From an uncultured Synergistaceae bacterium (GTDB taxonomy: Bacteria; Synergistota; Synergistia; Synergistales; Synergistaceae): 64,000 bases of DNA. A model generated the notes under the pieces. The model worked only from the letters and a program-made list of their open reading frames with translations. It ran no database searches and was not told the DNA's origin. This document shows positions 52,605 through 60,390 of the stretch, one piece after another; the first letter of the stretch is position 1; each line of letters begins with the position of its first letter. The translations under genes were made by a program, and so were the position numbers. Where the stretch lies: NCBI GenBank assembly GCA_964450835.1, contig CAYVEQ010000001.1:3722-67721 (forward strand), read 5' to 3'.

Positions 52605-54038
52605 CTACAACACCGCGCGCAAATATAGCAGGAAAGAGAGCGAAAAGAGTACGATGAACGGCACGCGGCGAGGCGGGACACCGCAGCGAAGCGCGCAGGC
52701 GCAACAGAATACGGCGCAGGCGAAGGCAAAGAGCGGCGTTGAAAATCCGATTCCGGCGGGAAAGAACGAAGCCGCCGCCGACAAGGCGTCCTGAGAAAAG
52801 CGCAGGACGGTTTCGCAAACACTGGCAGGCAGTTCGGCAAACGGAAGGCCGATCAGCGAAGGAACGCAGAGCGCCAATACAAGAGGAAAGAGAATCGCGA
52901 AATAAGGAACGGCAAAGATGTTGAGAAGCAGCCCCGCGGCCGGAACCTCAGAGAAAACATCGGCCGCGACAGGCGCGGTTACAAACCAGACGAGCACCGA
53001 GAGCGCCGCTCCGCAGAGGACGCCGCGCCCCGCGAATTTTGCCCCGGCAGTGATGAAAAGCGCCGCGATCACGGAGAGACGCCAGCCGACGTCAAAGAAG
53101 CTCCACGGGTTGTACAGAAGCATGAGAGAGGCGGCCGCGCTCACGTTGTTGAATGAGGAGTAAGGACGTCCGAGCACCGCGGCTGCAATACACATCTGCG
53201 CCATGATTCCGGCGCGCACTCCTCCGGGAGGGAAACCGACAAAAGCTATATAGAGCCACATGATCAGCGAAACGGCGGCGCCGCGCACAGCCCATCCGCG
53301 GAAGATGAAAAAGAGCAGCCAGACAAGGATTCCGACATGAAAGCCCGATACGGAAAGCAGGTGGAGAGTGCCTGCCCTTTCATGTACGGCTTCGACCGAC
53401 TTGTCGCGCCTCCCTGTCGTAAGCACCGACATATAGGCAGCGCTCAGCGGATAGAGACGGGTACGGAAAAGAGCTTCGAGCCTGTTTCTCCACGCGGCGA
53501 GTCCGGAGGGCGGAGCCGTCACGCGAATTTCAAACAGTTCGAGCCTTTTGAGCGCTCCTTTGCCGCGCCAGAAGAGTTTTTCGTCAAAGTCACCGCGGCG
53601 CGCCGCTCTGCGGAAATCAAACGATGCGCCCCGCAATTTGACGGAGGCGCCTTCGGGCAGATTTTCGCTCGTATAGGCGGCGACTCGTCCTTCGGGAGTC
53701 TCTATTATGAGCGCGCGTCTTTTGCCCCATTCACGGGAGAGGAGTATCCGCCCGTGAGTTTCTATATTGTCCGGAAATATTATTTCTTTCCGCATTCGCG
53801 CGGCGGAGAAAAAAGAAAGAACGAGAGAGAGTAAGATTACAAGGCAGAAAGTGCTCCGCCATCCGCCTGTGATTTCGCCTGTCCCGGCAAGCAGAGCGGA
53901 GGCGGGGAAAAGCGCGGAAACCGCGGCCGCGGCGGCAAGCGGCGCGCTCGTCAGCGCTCCGAGAGAGATTGAGAGACAAAGCGCCGCAAATATAAAGAAT
54001 GCCGGAGCTGCGGCGAGCGGTCCCTCTTTAATAGCCAA
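52605..54038 (-). CDS. comEC: ComEC/Rec2 competence membrane protein lacking the C-terminal metallo-beta-lactamase domain
   Basis: HLLSVSGFHV, RAGIMA, DVGWRLS motifs; polytopic; adjacent to comEA. Confidence 0.82.
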   Translation of the reverse strand: MAIKEGPLAAAPAFFIFAALCLSISLGALTSAPLAAAAAVSALFPASALLAGTGEITGGWRSTFCLVILLSLVLSFFSAARMRKEIIFPDNIETHGRILLSREWGKRRALIIETPEGRVAAYTSENLPEGASVKLRGASFDFRRAARRGDFDEKLFWRGKGALKRLELFEIRVTAPPSGLAAWRNRLEALFRTRLYPLSAAYMSVLTTGRRDKSVEAVHERAGTLHLLSVSGFHVGILVWLLFFIFRGWAVRGAAVSLIMWLYIAFVGFPPGGVRAGIMAQMCIAAAVLGRPYSSFNNVSAAASLMLLYNPWSFFDVGWRLSVIAALFITAGAKFAGRGVLCGAALSVLVWFVTAPVAADVFSEVPAAGLLLNIFAVPYFAILFPLVLALCVPSLIGLPFAELPASVCETVLRFSQDALSAAASFFPAGIGFSTPLFAFACAVFCCACALRCGVPPRRVPFIVLFSLSFLLYLRAVL

Positions 54039-54726
54039 TAGTAATTTTGTCCTTTATGGCGTCAAATTTTTTCGGCCCTATCCCTTTTACTTCCATGAGA
54101 TCCTCGGCGCGCCTGAAGATCCCGTTCGACTCGCGGTACGAGATTATCGCCTCCGCGGTCTTCGGCCCGATTCCTTTAAGGCTGTCAAGCTCGCTTAATG
54201 TCGCGGTGTTGATGTTGACCCTGCCCGATACAGGCACTCTGCGCGCCGGCGCGCCGGAAGACGGGGCCTGAGCCGCCGCGGGAGGCGCAGCGGGCGCGGG
54301 GCGGGCCGTCCCGCCTTTGCGCGGGAAAATGATATGCGCGCCGTCTTGCAGCGGCGCGGCCAGGTTGACCATCTCCTGATCGGCGTCGGGGGTAAATCCT
54401 CCGGCCGCCTTCAGCGCCACGTAGATGCGGGAAGACGGGGCGACCTCGTAAACGCCGGGGTTACGGACGGCGCCGGTCACGTAGACAATCCACGAGGCGG
54501 CGGGCGCGCCGGGCGGAGCCGCGGCAAGACGCTGCGTACCGGACGATGCCGGTGCCTGCGCGTCCGGCGTTACGTCAATCGTATCTTCCATATCGGGCAT
54601 ATCGAATTGCTGTCCGGCCGTATCTTTGCCGAACTCTCCCCTGAAGGCGCTGAGCAGGAGAAAAGCCGCGGCGAAACATAAAATCCCCGACGCAATCAGC
54701 AGTTTGCCGGATGAACGGAAATTCAC
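54028..54726 (-). CDS. comEA: ComEA DNA-binding/uptake protein
   Basis: N-terminal TM, SLBB domain (VYVTGAVRNPGVY), HhH pair (ININTA..LDSLKGIGPKTA..II.YR..NG.F...EDL.EVKGIG). Confidence 0.92.
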   Translation of the reverse strand: MNFRSSGKLLIASGILCFAAAFLLLSAFRGEFGKDTAGQQFDMPDMEDTIDVTPDAQAPASSGTQRLAAAPPGAPAASWIVYVTGAVRNPGVYEVAPSSRIYVALKAAGGFTPDADQEMVNLAAPLQDGAHIIFPRKGGTARPAPAAPPAAAQAPSSGAPARRVPVSGRVNINTATLSELDSLKGIGPKTAEAIISYRESNGIFRRAEDLMEVKGIGPKKFDAIKDKITIGY

Positions 54727-56045
54727 CGCCCCGCTCTCCTTTCGCCCTCAAGCGACCAGTGACTCGCCCGGGTAATCGTAACCGGAATAGTTTTCCCGAA
54801 ATCTTCTTCTCCGCCGTCAATGATGACTACCTTATCCGTCATGCTGCGTCCCTGTATTTTGCCGCAGCCGCGCGGCGCCCAGCCGTCAGCGAGTATCTCA
54901 AAGGAACGCCCGACGTACCGTTCGTTTGAACTCAGAGCAACAGAGGCCTGAAGCGCGTTTATCTCGTTGAGGCGCGCCGCCTTGACGCGGTTGTCTATCT
55001 GGCAGTCCATCGCGGCCGCGCGCGTTCCTTCGCGCGGGGAATAGGCCGCTGTATGGACGATATCGAATCTGACCTTTTCAAGCAGCTCATAAGAGTCACG
55101 GAAATCACGCTCACTCTCTCCCGGGAAGCCGACTATCAGATCCGTCGTAAGGCTCACGTCGGGGAGAGCATTTTTTATGCGCTCCACAAGGTCAAGATAC
55201 TGCCCGGAGGTGTAGCCTCTGTTCATCTCGCGCAGTATTCTGTCGCTGCCGGACTGAACGGGAAGATTTATCGCGCGGCATATGGAAGGGCTTTCGCGCA
55301 TAACGTCAAGAATATCCGCGTCGAAATCTTTCGGGTGCGATGTGGCAAAGCGCAGACGCTCAAGCCCCGGCAGCGCCGAAGCCTTCGAGAGCAGCGCGGC
55401 GAAGCCGAATCCGTCTTTTCTGTCTTTGCCGTAAGCGTCGACATTCTGGCCGACAAGGGTTATTTCACGCACTCCGCATTCTATGAGAGTCCTCATCTCG
55501 CTCAGAATATCATCCGGCGCGCGCGACTGGAGCCTGCCGCGCACAAAGGGAACCACGCAGTATGAGCAGAAGCGGTCGCAACCGTAAGTTATCGTGACGT
55601 AGGCTTTGAAAGGGTTCGTAAGCGCCGTCGGCACGACTTCAAGGTCGATGAGCGAGCGGGGGTCGTCGTCCATAAAAAAGCGGGCCGGGGCGTCGCTGGT
55701 TATTTCAGCCGCCGCCTGAGGGACGAGGCCGAGATGCCGAGGCCCAGCGACGAGCTTGACGCAAGGAAATTTTTTCGCGATTTCGCGGCCGACGCGCTGC
55801 GCCATGCAGCCGACAAGCACGACCGAAGGACGGCCGGTTCTGCGGCGCCTGAGATCGTACCTGCCGATTTCGCTCGCCGCTTTCTGCTCCGCCTTCTCGC
55901 GAATACTGCACGTCACGAGCACAACAACATCGGCTTCGCTCTCCGGCGACTCTGTCCACCCCATATGGTTCATAGCGGTGCGCAGTCTGTCCCCGTCGTA
56001 GGAATTCATCTGGCAGCCGAAAACTCTGATAAAAAATTTCCGCAA
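54723..56045 (-). CDS. miaB: tRNA methylthiotransferase MiaB
   Basis: FGCQMNSYD, TCSIREKAE, radical-SAM CDRFCSYC, TRAM domain. Confidence 0.94.
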   Translation of the reverse strand: MRKFFIRVFGCQMNSYDGDRLRTAMNHMGWTESPESEADVVVLVTCSIREKAEQKAASEIGRYDLRRRRTGRPSVVLVGCMAQRVGREIAKKFPCVKLVAGPRHLGLVPQAAAEITSDAPARFFMDDDPRSLIDLEVVPTALTNPFKAYVTITYGCDRFCSYCVVPFVRGRLQSRAPDDILSEMRTLIECGVREITLVGQNVDAYGKDRKDGFGFAALLSKASALPGLERLRFATSHPKDFDADILDVMRESPSICRAINLPVQSGSDRILREMNRGYTSGQYLDLVERIKNALPDVSLTTDLIVGFPGESERDFRDSYELLEKVRFDIVHTAAYSPREGTRAAAMDCQIDNRVKAARLNEINALQASVALSSNERYVGRSFEILADGWAPRGCGKIQGRSMTDKVVIIDGGEEDFGKTIPVTITRASHWSLEGERRAGR

Positions 56046-56240
56046 AGGCCGCTGCTCCTTCGTTCGCCGTTATTTCGCGCCGCGTTTCGCGCGAGAGCGC
56101 GGACGTCGCAATCCATAATTATTTTAACACATCACGATTTCTCCGTGCGCGGCGCGCGCGAATGACGCCGAGATTGCGCTCATGCCGCGTCAGGCGCTAT
56201 ACTTTATGCCGCGAAGAAAAATCTGCGGAGGTAAATACGG

Positions 56241-56705
56241 ATGTACAGAAAAATAATCCCCGCTGCGGCCGTCCTGCTTCTCACGGCTTTTCAGGCGCGG
56301 GCCGCGACGCTGCCTGAAATAAACGGATGGACAAACGGCGAGCTACGCGAGACAAAGCTTGAAACAATATCGGGGAACCACGGCGACTGGCAGGAACGCG
56401 AATACAGAACCTCAGGCGGCGCGAAATTTCTCGCGGTATGGATGGAGGGCGCCGGGCCGAAACTGTGGCGCCGGACCGCCGAGACCGGCGAGGCAAGAGG
56501 AGAAGAGAGCGCCAAGACAGTCGCGGTCGCCGGACGCGACGCAACGCTCGAAAGCCGCCCAGTGCTTGGACTGAGCCTCGTCGTCAAAGTCGGAACCGAC
56601 GGCGTGCTGACGCTTGAATCACAGTCGGTGAACGAAGATGAGCTTACAGAGGCGGCGGAAATTTTGATTTCCGCGCTGGAGAACCGGGAGGAAACGCCGC
56701 GATAA
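56241..56705 (+). CDS. Hypothetical exported protein
   Basis: SD GGAGGT, ATG start, Sec signal peptide (MYRKIIPAAAVLLLTAFQARA); fills the gap between miaB and addA. Confidence 0.7.
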   Translation: MYRKIIPAAAVLLLTAFQARAATLPEINGWTNGELRETKLETISGNHGDWQEREYRTSGGAKFLAVWMEGAGPKLWRRTAETGEARGEESAKTVAVAGRDATLESRPVLGLSLVVKVGTDGVLTLESQSVNEDELTEAAEILISALENREETPR

Positions 56706-56715
56706 ACCGCGAAGA

Positions 56716-56757
56716 TAAAATCACGCGGCGGTCTTTTTTCAGAGAATCCGCCGCGTG
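56716..56757 (-). terminator. Terminator hairpin between the hypothetical gene and addA
   Basis: CACGCGGCGG / CCGCCGCGTG 10-bp stem; ATTTTAT follows on the minus strand. Confidence 0.7.
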
Positions 56758-56796
56758 CGTCTGTTTTCCGGGGCAACCCCCGCGCCAAGTGCGCCG

Positions 56797-59700
56797 CTAC
56801 TCAGCGACTTGTTCTTTGCGCGGGCGTTCCGGACAAGCCCCGCGCCAGGGGCATTGCGGACAGCGCCCGCTCAGGCCGCGGAAGTCTCCCGTGACCGCCC
56901 GCACCGCCGCGTTCTCTATCTCTTTTTCGATCTTTTCAAAATCTCCCGCGCCGGCGTCGTAGGCGCGCATATCCCCCCGCTCGCCGGTATCGAGATATAT
57001 GAGAGCCGAGTCTATCGGAGTCTTCGCCTTTCCCTTGGCGGCAAGGCAGCGGTTGAGCGCGCAGGCGTAAAATTCAAGCTGTTTCTCGTAGTAGAAGCGC
57101 GGCGCGGATTCTTCCGGCGCGCTCTTCCAGTCGCGAAGGTGAAACCCGTGTTCGTCGTTCCAGAAAATATCCGTTGTTCCGACGAGCGTCGTTCCGTTAA
57201 GCGGCACGCGGAAACGCGTCTCTCTCCGCAAAGTTCCTTTTTCTTCCGCGAGGCGCAGGCGCGAGCACTCTTCCGTCTCCGCGAAGCGTTCAAGCATTGA
57301 GCGCAGCCTCGCGCGCGCTTCGTCTGACGCATATTCGCCGCGAAGTTCCGCCGGCAGCCGCAGCAGCATCCCGTTAAATTCTTCGCCGCGCGCGGCAGGC
57401 AGGACAGCTTTCACGCTTTCTTTGTCAAAGTTCCAGCGCGAGAGCAGAAAGTGCGCCATCACTCCGAAGTTTGTGCCGCCGCCGCCTCCTTTCACAGTCC
57501 AACCGGAGAAAAGCCCCTGCCGGTAAATCATTCTGTATGCCGCGGGACACCACGAAATCACGGTGTAGGCGGAGGCGGAAAGACGCGCGAGTCTGGCGGG
57601 GCCGGCGGCTTTCAGCTCAAGCTCGGCGCCTGACGGCGCGGCGGCGGGCGCCGCGTATAACCGCTGTTCTTTGCCGTCCTCCGTCAATTCCGTATAGCTT
57701 TCGCAGATTCCGCTTTCTATTATGCCTCCGAGGAAGTCCTGTTTCGCGCCGTTTTTCTTCTTATTCTTCTGTTCTTTCGGTTTTTTGTACGTGCCGCAGA
57801 GTATCAAACGGTCGCGGGCGCGCGTGCAGCCCACGTAAAGCAGCCGGTCCGACTCTTCCCGCTCGGCGGCACGCTCCGATGACATTTCCCATCTGTACGC
57901 GGCGGTATGTCCGTCATCGGGGGCCTCTTCCGCGTCTTTATCTTTAAGAAAGTCGGGATAATTATTCGCGGCTGCTCCGTATTTCTTTGAGACTATAACA
58001 GAAGGAAGCCCGCGGCTTTTCCCTTCTGACACAGCCAGGGCGACAACGGGAAATTCAAGTCCTTTCGCTGCGTGGACAGTCATTACGCGCACGGCCTCCA
58101 CTTCGTCGCCGAAAATATCCGGCTCTTCCTGCGCGTTTTCCTGCGACGACGCGATACGCAGGTAATCGGCGCAGCCGTGGAGGGACTTGTCCTCGGAGCG
58201 TTCATACTCCGAGGCGATGTTGGCGAGAAACGCTATGTTCGCGTTGACGCGAAGCCTGCGCCTGCCGTCGAAATTTTCAAGGAACCGCGGCTCTTTGAGG
58301 AACGAAAGCAGAGCTTCCGACACTCCGCAGAGCAGCGCGCGGCGGCGCAGTCCGTCAAGGCGCTCCATAATGTCGGGACGTTTCTCCCATACCGCCTCGG
58401 CGAGAGGAAGAGGCTCGTTTCTCTTTTTTCTCGCGAGGGCGCTTGCTATAAGCTCATCGGCTTCACCGCTTTCCGTCCCGCTGAAGGGCGAGGCAAGCCA
58501 CCCGGCGAGCCGCATAGGGTCGTCCGGAGCGTCGAGCAGCGAAACCAGGTTTACAAGGTCGCCTGTTTCGCCGCGCCCGAAATAATCCTTGCTTGTCAAA
58601 AGCACGCAGGGCAGCCCTAGCCGTTCGAAGGCGCGCTCGATTCCGGAATATTCCGTGCGCGCCCTCACCAGAACGGCGAAGTCGCTCCATTTCACGGGAC
58701 GGAAATCCTTCTTATCCTTATCCCATACCGGGGCTTCTGACTTGACCATTTCACAAAATTCACGCCCCACAGCGGAGTAGAGCATGAGCGACAAATCGTC
58801 CTTTTTTTTGCCGTCCGCATAGGAAGAGCAGGCGCGTATGATTTCAAAACGTTTGTACGGAACTTCGGCAGTGTCGCGGCGCGCCGCCGCCTCGTTGTTT
58901 TCGGGAGCGGCGAGCGATTCGTACATGACCGGCGAGCCGCTTTTCCCCCACATATTGCCGAAGACCGCGTTGAACTTCTCAAGAAGCGCTCCGGCCGTAC
59001 GGAAGTTCTGCCCTAACGGGATATATTTCGCCTCGCCGTCGTCCATAGCCCGCCTAGTGTAGTCGCGGAAGAGCGAGAGGTCGGCGTTGCGGAAACGGTA
59101 GATAGACTGTTTCTGGTCGCCGACGATAAAGAGCGTAGCCTTTCCCTCTTTCCGGAGAGACTCTATCAGCGCGTTCTGCAGCGGATCGGTGTCCTGAAAC
59201 TCGTCGACCAATATGTGCTTGAATTTTGTTTTGTACTTCGGCGAGGAGCTGACCGCTTTCGAGGCGTAACAGATAAGATCCGACTGAGTTAGCAGATTCT
59301 CCTGTCTGCGGAAATTGTCCCAGCAGGCCCAGCCGACTGCGCAGATTTTGCAAAGCAGCGTGTTCACGCGCTTTTCGGCGGGCGTCGGCGGCTCGGCCAT
59401 AGCTAGCTGCTTTACATATTCGTCGCGCCATTCCGCAAGCGGGGAGCCGAGGAGCGACTCTATCTCGGTTTTTACCCGCCCCTGCGGCAGGGGTTTCAGC
59501 GTCTCCGAAAAGAGTTCTTCGCAGAATGCGGCGAGCTTATCGTCATCTGTCTCGTCAAGTCTGCTCCAGTTTTCATATAAACAGGAAAATTTCCACTGCG
59601 CCCCGTTTATGTCGCAGCTCCCCCCAAGAACGCGGCGTGAGTTCAGCTCCAGGATTATTTTGCCTATCCACAGTTTGTACAGTTCGCGGCGCACAGAGCG

Positions 59701-60390
59701 CGCCGAGGCGACGTCTTTCTCCAGAGCCGAGCCGTCGCAGTTCCACAGTTCTTCCGCGCTCTGCCCCGCGCAGTAGAGCTTTTCCGCGCAGATGCACGCC
59801 GCCTTGGCAATCTCTTTCGGCGTGAGCGCGTTGACTGTATCCGTAAAATCGCGCTCGGCGAAGAGCCCGCCTGAGCGCTCGCGCCATTCCTCGGGCAGCA
59901 GGGATTTTATTTTTTCGAATGACGAGGAGGAAAGCGCCGACTCAAACTCATTCCACCATATGGCTTTCTTCGGCTCAGGCATTATGACCGAGGCCGGGTC
60001 TATATCAAGCGCGAGGCCTGACTCTCTTATCAGCCTCATCGAAAAGGCGTGTATCGTCGAAATATAGGCGTCGTCCAGGCCCTCTATGCGATCTTTCAGG
60101 TGGGCCAGGTCAGCCGGATATTTCTCGTACCACCGCTCAAGAGTCTTTTTTATTCTGTCGAGCATCTCCGCCGCGGCCTTTTTTGTAAATGTAAGCACCA
60201 GTATCTCGTTTACCCCGCAGGCCGGGTCCGACGCCAGCAGCCACGCGAAGCGCTGCGAGAGAGTCTGGGTTTTCCCAGTGCCGGCTCCCGCGCTTACAAC
60301 GGTGAGTTTCGCGCCGCTTTTCAGAGCCGCGATTTGGCTCTCCGTGCCTTCTATCAGTGAATGCCATTCCGGCAAGCCGTTACCTGTCAT
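56797..60390 (-). CDS. addA: AddA-like UvrD helicase with C-terminal PD-(D/E)XK nuclease
   Basis: AGAGTGKT, LTFTKKAA, LVDEFQD, VGDQKQSIYRFR, MTVHAAKGLEF, LYVGCTRA; nuclease G..D...DWKS. Confidence 0.9.
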   Translation of the reverse strand: MTGNGLPEWHSLIEGTESQIAALKSGAKLTVVSAGAGTGKTQTLSQRFAWLLASDPACGVNEILVLTFTKKAAAEMLDRIKKTLERWYEKYPADLAHLKDRIEGLDDAYISTIHAFSMRLIRESGLALDIDPASVIMPEPKKAIWWNEFESALSSSSFEKIKSLLPEEWRERSGGLFAERDFTDTVNALTPKEIAKAACICAEKLYCAGQSAEELWNCDGSALEKDVASARSVRRELYKLWIGKIILELNSRRVLGGSCDINGAQWKFSCLYENWSRLDETDDDKLAAFCEELFSETLKPLPQGRVKTEIESLLGSPLAEWRDEYVKQLAMAEPPTPAEKRVNTLLCKICAVGWACWDNFRRQENLLTQSDLICYASKAVSSSPKYKTKFKHILVDEFQDTDPLQNALIESLRKEGKATLFIVGDQKQSIYRFRNADLSLFRDYTRRAMDDGEAKYIPLGQNFRTAGALLEKFNAVFGNMWGKSGSPVMYESLAAPENNEAAARRDTAEVPYKRFEIIRACSSYADGKKKDDLSLMLYSAVGREFCEMVKSEAPVWDKDKKDFRPVKWSDFAVLVRARTEYSGIERAFERLGLPCVLLTSKDYFGRGETGDLVNLVSLLDAPDDPMRLAGWLASPFSGTESGEADELIASALARKKRNEPLPLAEAVWEKRPDIMERLDGLRRRALLCGVSEALLSFLKEPRFLENFDGRRRLRVNANIAFLANIASEYERSEDKSLHGCADYLRIASSQENAQEEPDIFGDEVEAVRVMTVHAAKGLEFPVVALAVSEGKSRGLPSVIVSKKYGAAANNYPDFLKDKDAEEAPDDGHTAAYRWEMSSERAAEREESDRLLYVGCTRARDRLILCGTYKKPKEQKNKKKNGAKQDFLGGIIESGICESYTELTEDGKEQRLYAAPAAAPSGAELELKAAGPARLARLSASAYTVISWCPAAYRMIYRQGLFSGWTVKGGGGGTNFGVMAHFLLSRWNFDKESVKAVLPAARGEEFNGMLLRLPAELRGEYASDEARARLRSMLERFAETEECSRLRLAEEKGTLRRETRFRVPLNGTTLVGTTDIFWNDEHGFHLRDWKSAPEESAPRFYYEKQLEFYACALNRCLAAKGKAKTPIDSALIYLDTGERGDMRAYDAGAGDFEKIEKEIENAAVRAVTGDFRGLSGRCPQCPWRGACPERPRKEQVAE

